Source: Lingula anatina (Eukaryota; Animalia; Brachiopoda). Taken from it: a DNA stretch of 64,000 bases. Below, in pieces: positions 50,488 through 64,000 of this stretch. The DNA lies in contig CM120642.1 of the NCBI GenBank assembly GCA_051362555.1, forward strand, positions 28,954,001 through 29,018,000, written 5' to 3'. The translations under genes and the position numbers were made by a program. How positions within the stretch are numbered: position 1 is the stretch's first letter; every line of letters begins with the position of its first letter. The notes below the pieces were generated by a model. It worked only from the letters and a program-made list of their open reading frames with translations. It did no database searches and was not told the DNA's origin.

Positions 50488-50685
50488 TTATTTTATCATC
50501 TAAAAACATGAAATTATATAGAATTTGATTTGATTTGATTCTTACGCATGCTATTAGCCCTGCATATGACAATTTTGAAATCTTCCTGTTTTGCTATTAA
50601 AAACACATGGGCATGAAGATTTATGAATAAAAAGTTCAAACAGTGAAAATAATTCCATAAGCTTTCTTCTGTAAATGCAGTCTTG

Positions 50686-50723
<38 letters not shown>

Positions 50724-51005
50724 AAAAAAAAAAATACTCCAAACATTTCATGCCAAGCAGACTATTGTATATTATCTTATCACCTAAAACCATGAAATTA
50801 TATGAAAATTGATTCTGACGCGTGCTGTTAGCCTTGCATATGGCAGTTTTGATACAAAATTCCTTTTTCGCTATTAAAAACTCATGGGCATGAGGATTTT
50901 TGAATAAAAAGGTCAAACAATGAAATACATTCTTTCTTTTATAAATGCAATCTTGTTCCCACGCGCATCCTCCAAAGAAAATATCCCTAACATTTCATGC
51001 CAAGC
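50488..51005. repeat. Diverged tandem duplication, ~250-280-bp unit
   Basis: catgaaattatat...gctattaaaaac.catgggcatga...aacatttcatgccaagc present at ~50490-50758 and ~50770-51005. Confidence 0.85.
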
Positions 51006-53258
51006 GTTTCGCAGTCTATTTTCTAATGACCTTCATCTAGACTCTCGCAGCTTTTTACCAACCAATACTGCGCCTTAAATAAGTCCACGTGCCATACCAT
51101 TTAGGGCACTTTGGGGCTAATTTAACAATGTGAATCTGAATAAATGGAGACGAATAACAGGCTTCACACCCATGGATTTGTAATTTAACTGATCACCATA
51201 GCTTCTATAGATGGAAAAAGGCTAGTGTTCGGTGTGTCACGAACAATATGAGACGAATTTTAAAAGGGACTATATTTCCAAATTTTGTCAAGTTGTTTTA
51301 AAAACAGAGTTCGAGATATGTCTCATAAAGGAAATGGACAGTTGGTCGTATGAGGGAAACCTTTTTCTGAGTGTTAACATGAGAAACTCCGATTGCGGGG
51401 CGCTTAATTCCGGCATTGCGTTCTTGAAATGTGATTTTTGAATTACATTGAATTATATTATAATTATATATATATATATATATATTATAGAGACATTCTG
51501 AACTATCACGTCAACTCATTTCTGTGACACAGATTATGTTGATATATTAGATCTTTTATAACCAAATATTCTGGCGGCTTTGTTTCTTCTCTTTCTCTCT
51601 TTTTTTTCTTTTTTTCGCGCGATCACTTATTGAAACTACCCTCTACCAGGGTGGCAGATATTATAGACAAATTTCAAAAAGCAGAGAATCAAATGACTGT
51701 CTATCTATCTAAAGACATATCTGTGAATATCTTGTGAAAAATCAGTCTGTCGGTAGAGGGTACACTGAAACCCTGTTTTTATAATTCACCAACCAAATAC
51801 GCCATAGAGTGTCTACAATTATGATTAACCAAACAAAACACGAAATTTATAAATACAACATAAAATAGATTTATTCATTTGTTGTTCACCGATGGTGTTA
51901 TTTTGTTTTGCACATTAAAGCTGTAAGTGCTGATTATTTTGGATATGTTGGACAAACTTCTGCCAGTTATACATCGAGAATGGAGGTGTCATCACTTTGA
52001 TAGTCATCGGGAAGTGCTCCAGTCCTTTTCAATTTTAAATATTTGGCTTATTAAATGATTTTGAAAATAAATAATCAACTTAATGTCTTTGACAACAATG
52101 CGTCTATATACACAATGTGTTCTGATTTCCGATGGAATGTCGAAAAAGCGTCACGCCGTCGTCGTTTCCGGTGGTCTCAGCCCTCTTCTCTTCCCTTCTT
52201 TCTTCTCTCCATCTCTCCTTCTCTCCTTTCTTCTGAGCACGTCGACCCCAGCACGAAAACGGTGATCCCAAAGAATAACCCCTGAAATACAATGAAAAAT
52301 TAATGTCATTATAGGCAATTAATAACTCTCGAATTTCATAAGAGGGGGGTTGACTGTACATGACCTTGTCCACTTGTCAAGTTATAAGGAAACATGAAAC
52401 TTGCATACACTACTGAGGGTCATTAGCATATCGGAGGGTCTTCGACGTGCACTACGTACCATGCAATGCATTGATATAAATTCCATCTCTATATCTTTTA
52501 GACATATAATTTAAAAGTCCCTAATGTATGTGGATTTATCTCGTCACTGGACGATGACCAAGTCGTTTAATTTGCAGAATGAGGAAGTCGACTTGATGCA
52601 CGAGAATCAACTTATGAATATTAATAATTTGACCTTGGGTTAGGCCGAGAGATAAAATATATAATTGATGCAGTACTTTATATTTACGGTACTTAATACA
52701 TTATCCATGGGTTACAATATACATAAGAAAAAATAATGAATTTTCCACTGCATTCAACCGGGTAATGAGTATTTAGAAAAAAAACAGTTCAAATATGATC
52801 TACTTTAGATAAATGTTCAACCACAATATGCAATTAATTTTCTCTTTTCGAATAGATAGATATAATAAACTATGCTGCTACTCTTTTTTATGACAACAGT
52901 ATGAGGCTGGTTCCTTGTGTTCTGAATATTTAGAAAAAGAGAAAAAGTTGACTTTGCAGATGACCTATTAATATCTGCAGTTACTTTGACTCCGATTGGA
53001 CTTTTATATAGCGACGTAATCTCGAGTCACAATTAGCTGCCATTTTCTTGCAAAAGCCAAATATGTGAGATTCATAGGATTTGACAAAAAACAAAATGAA
53101 TAAAAACGAGTGAAAAAGAACGAAGAATATATATAAGTATGAGTCGTTTGTCAAAATGTACAAGAAATAAATGAATGAGGTCAAAACACAATAACTTCAA
53201 ATGTAAATGAAACAAAATACACATAATTTATGATATCTAAAATTATTTTCATCTCACC

Positions 53259-53597
53259 TTAATGATATCCTTTGTAGTAGTTTCTTGGTTTCTTGCTGTT
53301 ATAGCCAAGAGTAGCACCGTAATATTTGGCGGTTGGAGCTTGGTAACTTTGGTAGCCAGTGCCATAGCTGGGGCCGTAGCCATAGCTGGGACCGTAACCA
53401 GCGCCGTACATGTTGCCGCCGAACCCGAGGCCATATGGCATGTTGTAGCCAGAATAAGGCCCGTAGTTGCCGTAGCCGCCGTAACCGCCGTAGCCGCCGT
53501 AGCCGTATGGGCTGCCGTAACCGTATGGTCCAAAAGCTGTCACCACGGTCAGTGAAACCAGTGCGACCAGAAGGATGGACTTCACGTTTGCTGCCAT
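53259..53597 (-). CDS. Cluster gene 12: secreted 112-aa Gly/Tyr-rich (GGY)n protein ending KKPRNYYKGYH*
   Basis: Signal peptide MAANVKSILLVALVSLTVVTA; TATAAAA at 53697-53691; donor TAA-G|gtgaga at 53257; shematrin/prisilkin-like composition. Confidence 0.9.
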   Translation of the reverse strand: MAANVKSILLVALVSLTVVTAFGPYGYGSPYGYGGYGGYGGYGNYGPYSGYNMPYGLGFGGNMYGAGYGPSYGYGPSYGTGYQSYQAPTAKYYGATLGYNSKKPRNYYKGYH

Positions 53598-54715
53598 TGC
53601 TGTGTTTTGAGTGGAATGAGCGGTGTTCCTAGACTAGGCCTGAGCAGTGGACAGTGCTGGACAATGCTGCTGAGGGAGAGGGAGCTGGCGTTTTATACTC
53701 CTTGCGGCTTCTTCATTATGCCCCTCTGAGCGCTACCCGGTCATTTTCAGCCTCTGGACACTCCTACGGATAAGAAATATGGAAATGCCTAATTTACATA
53801 GTATACTTGTCATGGAGCTGACCGCCAATTAAGGCGGTAAAGAGCGTTTTATTGAAGAACAATGTATCATTAAGCGTGGTCACGCCTTATTAACTAAGGT
53901 CCCTGGTCTTAGAGTGGGTGCTCACCCGCGGTCACCTTTACCCCTGTGGGCAGTCGCCATATTTCCTGGTGTGGGACTTAACAATGACCGATACAAAGTA
54001 ATTAAAATGAAGAACAGAGCGGTATCAGGACAATTAGTTATAATACAGGTCTAACACTGCATGTGTGAAGACAGAATGCGACAGAATGTGGTGTATAATA
54101 TTGAGTAATGACATCGACCGACTTTGTCATAATAAAAAAATAAGCTTAAGAAACAGTTACTGATTAATAGGCAATAAAGAAAAAATATCAAAATACCTCT
54201 CTTTCACGATTTTAGTGGACCGGCCGTGCAGCACGCTTTACTTTATTTTAATGTGATATCCAAGGTAAATAAACGTAACAAAAGCAAAAAAATAAATTCA
54301 ATTTTCCCTCCCATCTCAGATAAAGTGTTTATTGTTTTCAAACAATATTTTTCTCAGGACTGTAACTAAAACGCGTATTTTTTTTCAGTTTTTAGCAAAG
54401 ATCCACTGACATATCCCCAGCTGTCAGTGATTGATGTGAATTTCATTTTTTTTTTTTTGTTGTTTAATTTGCTAAGAACGCCTACAAGATACCAATATTA
54501 AATACGGCACTAAAAACTAACAAAATAAAATCAAAAGTCGCTGGATGGACCAAAGCACCCATGTTTAAAAAAATTCATGCACTGTCAAAACAATAAAAAT
54601 AGATTTGGATTTGAAAATTGATTTAATTGTGGTTCTTCAAGTTTAGAAAGCTTAAAGATTTTAGTAGAATATTTTTGGGTTTAATTTTCTATCAGAATCA
54701 AGGCCCAGAAGGGAA

Positions 54716-54960
54716 AAGTCTCGTGCTGTTTAAAATTGCAGATGAGATCGACAAAATCTTACTTAGAGTAAGATAATCTTGGGAAACATGCCTCTTTCTG
54801 TGGCATGTTAATAATTTTGGGATCCAAATTTCCATCAAAATCTAGATCCAGAGGGGTAGAAGTCTCGTGCTTTTATTTTAATTGCAGCAGAGATCGACGA
54901 AATCTTACTTAGAGTAAGATAATCTTGGGAAACATGCCACTTTCTGTGACATATTAATAA
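54716..54960. repeat. Direct duplication of ~100 bp
   Basis: aagtctcgtgct...aatcttacttagagtaagataatcttgggaaacatgcc at ~54716-54813 and ~54860-54960. Confidence 0.85.
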
Positions 54961-57575
54961 AATATGAGACCTTGTTAAATTTAAATGTCATGAATTAAAG
55001 AATCTTATTCAAAGAATGCAAATTAATTCAAAGATTCACGTACTGTTTATCTGTCTATATCTTCACTTGCCATCGTAGGATGTGAATTCGGGAACCGCAA
55101 AAGTATCTCGTGAGAACACTTCTGTTCCTAATTAAATACGTATCTTAGAATAATTAGAATCTCTTCACGTACAGGTTGGCTGAACTTTAATGACTATCAA
55201 GGATTCATCTGTCATAATTCTTATTAGTCACGCTGTATCCCTTACTTGCCAGGTACCTAGTTAATTCTGACGGCGCGCAACTCTAGAACGCAACCATTGT
55301 GATGTTTGCAATTATTTTTACCGTGTTTGTGAAAATGCAAATGTCATATTCCCCTAATACAGCATTATACATCCCGTAGTAACAGCACAATTGACGGTAG
55401 AGCTTCGCAGGATGTTAATGTTCTGGTTAGCTATCAGATGGCAAGAGGTGGGCGTCTGGACGAAGACACGTTAACATGCACGGTATTTCCCCCACAGGTT
55501 GACAATTACATGTATAACGACAGGTCACGCGGGATAAAGAAAGGTTCTCAGGTCAGAAAAAATACTGCTTGACCTTGGTATAAGGTTTGATAAGATTTCT
55601 TATTCTATCTAGTGCTAATGAAATAAAATGAAAACGCTATTTATCTATCGTTCTTATAAGGCTTAGTACGCGTAAGCTGTGCAGGATAAAGGTGTAAATC
55701 AGATATCTATAGTGTCACGGCGTGTTGTGCACTTTTTCTACTCTCTGAACACAGGGTGCGCTAGTTATCCGTAACAAAATTTTTGTTTTACTTATACTTA
55801 AAATTGGTATACTATTTTAGAAGCCTCTGATATCAGGAAGTAATATTCTTTTCCTCGAATGACAGATTTTCTTTTGAAATAATGGCTTAGTCGGACAGAC
55901 AGTTTGTTTTGTTCTTATGTAACAACATCCAGGCCACGATATATCTTTATTGTTAGCTTGTAGCACTCCAATATTACTACTGATGAAAAAATAATAATAA
56001 TAAACGTTAGATTCGTGGAATGGACCGTGAAAAGGGCTATTTTGGATTTCAATCGTGATTTTGTTCATGTGTAGCCTGTTTTTTTAAGTCCCAAGCTGAA
56101 GGAAATGATTTTTCTTTAATTATATATATATGTCTTCCAGTATTTGTTTTTTTCTTAGTTTGCAGCTAAAAAAAGTGCTGATAGGGAAATAAGGCCTATA
56201 AATGGTCATGGTTGACAGAAACTTAGGATAACACAAGACCGTGATTAAGACCTGGTAGTCACACAAAAAGGGTTGATTACAATTCTCAGTCTTGTTTTTC
56301 ACTCTTCATCTAACTTTAAAATCGTGTTACGTGAATATTTAACCATAAGCATTGCACTTGTGTGGGCATGTAAACGTAATGAAGTATAGTTTAAGCCATT
56401 TTACGGCTGTGGAAACAGAGACATGCATTTTCAAATTTAATTCGGAATTTGTGCTGTCGACAAATTTGTCTGAATATTTCAATGATATCATGAACATAGC
56501 GTGCACCGTTAATCTAGTGAAAAAAAAACCAAGACAATATTTTTAGAATAAATACACACAGTGTTTATCGAGTATCAGTATGGAAAGATATACATTATGA
56601 CAGATAACGTTAAAACATACAATATCATGGCTTTGGTCAGTACATTCTTTTTTAAAAAATTCTAAAGTAAGTTTTAAACTTGGACAAACTTATATTTTCA
56701 GGTGTACATGTACATATTGAGATTTTAGAATTATATACATGGTGATATAAGTTTTAAATGCCCCCATTAGCTTACATGTGTGACGAATTCTTTCAGAAAA
56801 AAACTTTTTAACACAAACAGTTAAAAGCGGATGGTTGTTAATATTATGATAGATGATAAATGTAAACAGTGGGAGGTCGTATGGACGTCCTGGCGAAATA
56901 ACTTTGGAATGGAACGTAACTGTGGATTTCCTTCACCTCTCAATCATTGTCAGACCTGAAACGAATAATGATAATGGTTAATATAATAACAGTTTTTGAT
57001 ATGATGACAATGATGGTTTTACCCGCCATTTAATCGTATTCGAACGACTCGTCTAAGCCAATCAAAATATCAACACAGTCATAGGTATACTGTAGGCTAT
57101 ACTAGAATGATCACAAATCACATGAGCGATGTATGAAGTTAGAGAGGAATACATATTCACAAAGGCCTGTACGTTATAGGAACAATCAAATTAAAAACAA
57201 AGTTCAAATTATAAACATAAAAGTTTTTTTTTATAATTATAATGATGTTAGTGAAAAAGATTAAGATGTCATGTATTTGTATCATCATTTTCAGAAGTCT
57301 ACACATCGTACGCTAGGTGGGGGTGGGGGTGGGGGTGGGGGTGGGGTGGGGTTAATGCCCTCTGTACGCTTTTGGAAAAATAATAAAAAATGATCCAAAT
57401 TGATGTCAAAGGTCATCTTTGAGCTTATCACCTTTGGGTGACCCCCTCTGTGGGGGGGGGGGGGGTGACTGGAAAATAATCTACTCTTTGTAGACTGGAG
57501 GAAATAATGATAAAATGGATGACGCCTAACTGAGCATTCACCAAGCTTCCATCATTATTATAAAAACTCACCAGT

Positions 57576-58682
57576 TTAACCATAGAAGTAACCTGGGCCG
57601 CCGTATCCGCCAAAATTGCCTTGGTAACCACCGTAGTTTCCATAGCCAGTTGAAGCGCCTGATGAAAAAAAAGTGCCGTGGTTATCCAGGAGGAAACAGA
57701 AGTACATAAAAGTTGGAATTATAATCAACGCAGCATTTTTTAAGGATTTTCTAAGAAAAACAATTAAGATACACAAACAATGGATGTACGTGAATCGTAC
57801 TTCTAAGAAATAATAGCATTATGTCATCATTAGAATGCTTATCTCAATGTGTAAATAAGCACTTTCCACACGTAATAGATAATCTGTCAACGTGTTCATA
57901 TTTCGTTTGATGTCTAGAGGGATATCAAGAGGCCAATTGTCGACTTGCTTTTGCAAAAAACTGTCATTTCAAAAGGTACCTGGGTATCCGAAGCCTGAGT
58001 ACTGCGAGCTTCCTCCGTACGCATTAGATCCATAGCCGTACTGTGGCGCGCCATAGTTGCCATAGTAACCGGCCCCGGTACCGTAGCTACCAAAGTTACC
58101 GCCGAAGTTACCATAGTTACCATACCCTGTGCCGTAATTACTTCCTGTGAAAATAATAGAAAATATATAGGCCTACATATTGGTAACTCCAAAGGAAACG
58201 AGAACCAGAACTGCCTGTAAACAAAATCTGTTCCTATGACTTTAATTACTCTAGAATATGTATCTTGTTCATTTATGTATTTGATATCCAGTTTTAATAC
58301 AAACTCTTTTTTTTTTTTTGAAAAAATAACGATATAACTATGTTTTATTTGAGTTCGTGTTTTCATGCCCCAATCATCAGCTGTGTTCGTGCACGTTTGC
58401 TTGTTTGCTTGCATGTCTGCGTTCGTGTGTGCGCGTGCAAGTGCGCGTGTGTATGTGTGTGCATGCACCCGCGTGTCTCACGGCCAGACTCTCACCATAG
58501 TACGGTCCCCCGGGGCCGTAGAGTCTCCCCTGGTCCGGACTGTCCTCTACATAGTACCCTCTCCCTGCCTGGTTCCTGGGGATATAGGAACGGTACTGGT
58601 AATAGTTCTGTCCTATTACGGCAAAACACTGCGGCAAGTAGAGACCCAGAAGGCAGAGTATCACAGCTGTGGTAGTGGACAT
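57576..58682 (-). CDS. Cluster gene 13: secreted 144-aa Gly/Tyr/Asn-rich protein; exons 58682-58496, 58144-57980, 57658-57576
   Basis: Signal peptide MSTTTAVILCLLGLYLPQCFA; phase-1 introns (G|gtgaga...cacag|GA and G|gtacct...catcag|GC); GNYG/GNFGG repeats; ends GPGYFYG*; gtgagt donor 4 nt after the stop. Confidence 0.85.
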
Positions 58683-60764
58683 GTTGACCTAGTAGTGACA
58701 GCAGGTTAAGTGAGAAGAGGTACGACTTTGGCAATCACGACGCCTTTGGAACGAAAACTTTGCCTAACACCTAAGAGCTCGTCTCGCCTCTCAGTCACTA
58801 TTACCATACCTCTCCCCTTATCTGAGCTCCCAGACAGCATGGCGTGTTAGAAATACCGCAACCTTTAATTTGAATATGATTTGAAAGCAATTGCTTGCAT
58901 TACTGTTATCAGTTTTAATCTGTGTAAGGATCAGGCTAATTGCAGCGTATTCCCTGTATTTTGTGAAAATCTGGCCAGATTTCTAATTCAAGGGTATGTT
59001 TGCCTACACGGAAATATGAAAACAAAGATAAAAATTATACAGATTATAATTCAACTACGTTGAGACTGTTATGAAAATAGGCTAAATTTGGACAAGAAAC
59101 AGTTACGCGCATATTATTTTTTTCTTTGAATAATAATCCATACATATACTTAAAGGGATAATAACTCTTCGTATGAGATCTATATTTCACAATAAAAACA
59201 TTGTGAATAACTCATAGAAATATAATATATTCTGTTGTACCACAAAAACGGCAGCTATAGCTATTATTCTGATATCTGGGCTTGTCTTTAGACCAAGTGA
59301 CCTCCATTGATGGCTATACTCTGTTAAAATCTCTTAAGAGATTTTAACAAAAAACCAAACTTTTTAGAAAAAAAAACAGGGACTAACTTTGAATGTAAAA
59401 ATGGATTCATTACCCATTGGTAAGTATGGGAAAATTGTTGTTTACTCCAGGAAAATTCATTTTTTGGCCGAAACGAAGAGTTATTATCCCTTTAATGTAG
59501 TAAAGCCTCAACGGTCGTAATTAGTTCTTCATTTGTGCACTTTATACTTTAGTTAAGATAAAAGTTCATTTGGAGGGCAAGGTTGAATATGGGTGGAACA
59601 TAATCGTTTCTCTTTGGATTATGAATAAATGAACAGCGTAATGCATGGAACAGTTACTTATGACAGTAAGGGAGACGTACTCCTGAGAAAAACTCTCGTT
59701 ATGTCATCAACAAAATGTTTATTTCAATATGTATATGAAAGCTTTAGAATAACCTGAAGACGTATTCATATTTTGTCGAAGAGATTTTAATCAAAATGAC
59801 GTAAACTTTCACAAGGTATCAAGTACAAATGTAAGTTTTGATCCCACAAGAGGATACATAGCCGCTAAATAAATGGTATTTTTCATTTTTCCCTTTTTAA
59901 ATGAATACAGTATTTAGGATAAATTACTCACACTGTATGTCGTTTTTCATTTTTTACATTACACATATAATTGTGCCTCTGAAAATAATTTTAAGGAATA
60001 TATAAATCAAATAACATCTTTCTTTTCAAGTTGTAAGAGAATATAAATGACATTGGCAGGCATCGGCTGGCTTAGAAAAAGATGCAAACCGGATGTTAAC
60101 CAGAATGCAAAAGTGTCCACACACCAATATTTACCTTCTGCATTGAATCAAAATAAATTGGTCGGTCTCACGGCTCAACACATGAAATGGCATTTGTGAA
60201 AAAAAGACTGAGAAACAAAATGGTCGTTAGTTGGAGATAAACGAAGTGAGTGACTTTAGAAGTAGAACATTTCAAGCATTGCTTCGTGTTTGTCCACTCA
60301 GATACCATTTTCCTTACGTTCACCCATCACATTAAAATGCACATTACGCTAACTACCCCTTTATTGTTTATCATTTAAGAAAAGTCTCGAAAAGTTTGAT
60401 ACCATACGCATTTGCGAACTTCCAGAGGTGGAAAAATCGCTAATGTATCTGTGCAGCAACGGTAGCTGTTGTACCTCATATTGTGTTAGATGAGAAATTT
60501 GGGGTTGGATTCGCACAATCGTGAATGCTGTAGTCGCTTTCTATGGTTACTTTAACCATGGAAGCATTATTCCATAGTTTAAGCAAGGAGTTGTGTGACC
60601 CCTTGGTTTAACTTATCAGTTTCTACATTCGACTTAACTTGAGAGGCTGCTATGGGAAATATCATTTTAGAAGGTAAAAATAAATAACTTTGTGGGCTAT
60701 GTGAGAGAGGGTACACATGTAGGTCGCTGTGTGGAAGGAGTGCTGCATGTAGATGGGAGTGTTT

Positions 60765-60836
60765 CGGTGTGTGTGTGTTTTAGTGAGTGAGTGTGCGTGC
60801 GTGCGTGTGTGTGTGTGTGCGTGTGAGAGAGAGAGA

Positions 60837-60889
<53 letters not shown>

Positions 60890-60890
60890 T
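60765..60890. repeat. Compound (GT)n/(GA)n microsatellite
   Basis: Read directly from the sequence. Confidence 0.9.
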
Positions 60891-62689
60891 AGGGTTGTGG
60901 ACATGCAGTGTTGGGACCACGCGAGTGCGAGTCTATAGAGGGCTGCGTGGGGAGGAGAGGCGTTAGATTTGTTTCGATAAAGACGATGTGTTTGATGTGA
61001 AAATAATTTAAAAGAATAAATTAAGATTCAAATATTTTTAATTGTGCTTGTTCATCTCAAACAGTGTGACGCTTAAATGAATAAAACTAAATATTTGGAA
61101 CAGTATATGCACATCACTGCAAGATATGTAATCATATCTACCTGTCTTTACCTGTTAAATCTCTTAATTATATATGACCTGCCTTCATTTTTATTTTGAT
61201 AAAGAATTCCAAGATTATGAGATTTGTTTAATTTTACTACTTTCATTTAATTGTCTAGTGAAGCAATTTTTGTGGGATAACCTTTAATTCTACGGGAGTT
61301 TTATGATTGATATCAAGACAATATAAGGGACAGTAAACAAAATTGGCATTACCTTAGATCTCGCCGTTTTGCCATTAACTTTCCTTTACTACAAGTACAT
61401 TTGTATCTCTCATGGCACAGCGTATTCTTTGTAATCATTGGACACCCTCAGCTTAAAGATTTCTCATTTTAAAGTATAATTTTCTGTTTACATATTTAGG
61501 TGGTCACTTTTCGGCGTGACGGCCTAAGGACCCGGAAAATTTAGTAAATTGTTTTTACTCCCAAATAATTATTCACGATATTACATTCACAGATTCCTTC
61601 AGACACCAGAAAGTGCATCTTATCATTTTTTTTTTTGGGGGGGGAGGTGTCTCGAAATATGCCACATTTCTATTACTTTAAAATTCTTTTAAATTTCTTG
61701 ATCTGTGTCTCAGAGTCGTCCGTTTATTATATTAATAGTGTGTCACAGGCATAACTTCTAAAAATCCATCTATTATTATAGCAATCAAATATTTAATGTA
61801 AGTGTGAATGAAGAAAAAACAATATAGTAAGATAAAATGATTTTATTCGCTTTGTTTGTACAGTGTAAAACGAAAAGATTATTTCCAAAATTCCACCTCC
61901 TGTGATTCCGAAGAAAAATAAGTGACTCGTCAAAACTGAAATATAAATATCCCATTCTCTTACGATGTTCTCTCTTCTCTGAAGGGAATCCACGAGGAGA
62001 ATCGGGCTGCTGAGTTGAGGCGACAACATTTGAATCTCAAAGTTGCACAAATGCTTCTTACCGTCTCAAACATACTAGTAAACACAGGGAACATTAATGT
62101 TTTAGTATGCATCGTTCTCCTGTAGTACTGTGAAAAACGCTATATCCCCTTCTTTTGGTGTTAGGGAACGGATGAGCCTAAAAAACTAACGACTTAATAG
62201 AAATGTGTATACTGCTCTTTTTCCACTAGGAATGTGCTGCACTTCTTGTGTAACGTTTTTTCTTTATCGCTCGCGCTTGAAGGTGCCCGCCCTTTCAATT
62301 TTTCGCTTGGTACTAACCGTCTATTTTAGGTAGTAGGGGTAGTAGGGGTCCCTGAAAGATATTTGATACATAGTTTTAGTTTGATTGATGTGATTATTAA
62401 GAGAATACGATAGGCGCTCATTTGCCTTTAACCCTACATAAAAATGTTAACTGATAACAAACGTGAGCTTTCTTTTCTCGCGCATCTTTGAAAGGGTACA
62501 ATTCTTAGTTCGAGTAAAATTCACTTTTTCTTCTTAACTATTAAAGTATTTTCGAGGGAAATGAAATCATTTTAATAATATTAGAGATTCGAATACGATA
62601 GACATTTGTAAACTACTGGTAGTTAAAAAAATTAAGCAAAGTAAATGAGCAGACAAGTGTTAAAATAGATAAACAAACTTAAAAATTAA

Positions 62690-63208
62690 TTAAGAAATGA
62701 AATAATTGACGCTTGAAAAAAAACTCCACCTACCAGGGTTTTGCCCATATATGCTGCTGCAGTATTCGGGATAGTAGTAGCAGTATTGGCTGTTAGGTGG
62801 ATACCCCGGATACGACGGATAGCCGGGGTAAGACGGATACCCTGGGTAACTGTGATGGCCACCAGTAGGTGGATACGACGGATATGTTGGATATCCAGGA
62901 TAGTAACCAGGGTAACCATGGTTAGTATTTTGCCCGGGGTAATACGGGTATCCGGCGTAGGATGGATAACCACTGTAGCCTGGGTAACCGAAATGGCTTC
63001 CTCCGCCGTAGTACTGTGGTGCACCATAGTTCAAGCCATAGGGCTGACCGTAGTTCAAGCCATAGGGCTGACCGTAGTTCAAGCCATAGGGCTGACCGTA
63101 GTAGCCGCCGGCGTAGTACTGGGGCATTTGCTGACCACGCACGCCGGTGTTCACTGAAACCAAGAGGACCGCGATGACTGCGGCACACACGCCTCTGAAA
63201 GCCTGCAT
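62690..63208 (-). CDS. Cluster gene 14: secreted Tyr/Gly/Pro-rich protein with (YGQPYGLN)3 and (YPG/YPS)n repeats plus a CYYYPEYC motif
   Basis: Signal peptide MQAFRGVCAAVIAVLLVSVNTG; TATATAAA at 63274-63267. It probably splices at CCT-G|gtaggt (62733) to a mini-exon 62127-62102 giving ...QNPVLQENDAY*, instead of reading to 62690. Confidence 0.88.
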   Translation of the reverse strand: MQAFRGVCAAVIAVLLVSVNTGVRGQQMPQYYAGGYYGQPYGLNYGQPYGLNYGQPYGLNYGAPQYYGGGSHFGYPGYSGYPSYAGYPYYPGQNTNHGYPGYYPGYPTYPSYPPTGGHHSYPGYPSYPGYPSYPGYPPNSQYCYYYPEYCSSIYGQNPGRWSFFSSVNYFIS

Positions 63209-64000
63209 GGTGATCTGGTAGCTGACAACTCACCCTATTTTACTGTTTACTGTCAAGTTGAACTTCTTTATATAGGTATATGTTTGTCTAATCACTTTGG
63301 TATCTGAAACTAAAGAGGAGTGGGGGCACGGTTTAAATATGTCATCTAGCTAATTAAGTCGTTTAATTGACAAACTAAATACCGTTGTACGCTACTTAGG
63401 GTCGTAGGTCCGAATATCGCGACCAAGAGGCGTGGACAGGTGTAACCGCAACAGTGATTTTATGGTTCAGGGACAAGTTCTAGCAGGCATAAACAGCAGT
63501 ATCACAGACCTGGATCTTTTCAAAGTATGCAGCATTTACCGTTGACACTACAAGGACAGGTGTCAAAACCAAGAGAACCACATCATTTCAGAGAGTAGAT
63601 ACAGTAGTGTCCGTACCAGCGGTCACTTATTGACGCCGTAAAAATACATGGAATAAGTACGTCGTCAGGATTAGGAAATGCTTCACGTTGTCGACGGAAT
63701 GTTTGTGCATGCGTAATAAGAGTTGTGAAAGCCAAGCTATATTTGAGGTCTGAACGTCTGTTTAAGACACGAGTATTTTATTTATATATTACGTGCAATT
63801 ACGACTGCTAGATAGAAGGGGGAAGGGAGGTCACTTACCTGAAAACAAGGCCAAACTAGTTAATTTTATAATGCCCACCTTTTGGTTCTGTGTTCGTGCT
63901 GGTACGGTCACGGTATTGACGGCGATGCTAAAGACTGATATATTTGTAATTGTTTATCTGTGTACTGGGTGGGGTAAAACAACGGTCATTAGTTCGACTA

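Noticed and set aside
52104-52373. 89-aa ORF with an Arg/Glu-rich stretch
   Set aside because: Purine-rich sequence after a tttcag acceptor near 52282; best explained as the non-coding 3'UTR exon of gene 12.

Overview
Eukaryotic, AT-rich invertebrate genomic DNA with GT-AG introns, TATA boxes and many microsatellites; a lophotrochozoan, probably molluscan, source is inferred and not proven. The first ~7 kb hold the 3' exons of a CEP135-like centrosomal coiled-coil gene. From ~10 kb to the window end lies a dense cluster of about 14 genes for secreted, low-complexity Gly/Tyr/Pro/Gln-rich or basic proteins of 72 to 1617 aa. One is probably pseudogenised, and several are visible only after splicing. 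Their mature sequences are mostly unrelated, but many share a TATA promoter, a signal peptide, a repeat body, a short Tyr/Lys/Gly C-terminal tag (YKG*, KKPRNxYxGYx*) and a splice donor 1-40 nt after the stop codon. This looks like a lineage-specific extracellular-matrix or biomaterial gene complex, compositionally reminiscent of shematrin/KRMP/prisilkin-type shell-matrix or sclerotised cuticle proteins. All exon models were derived by eye.
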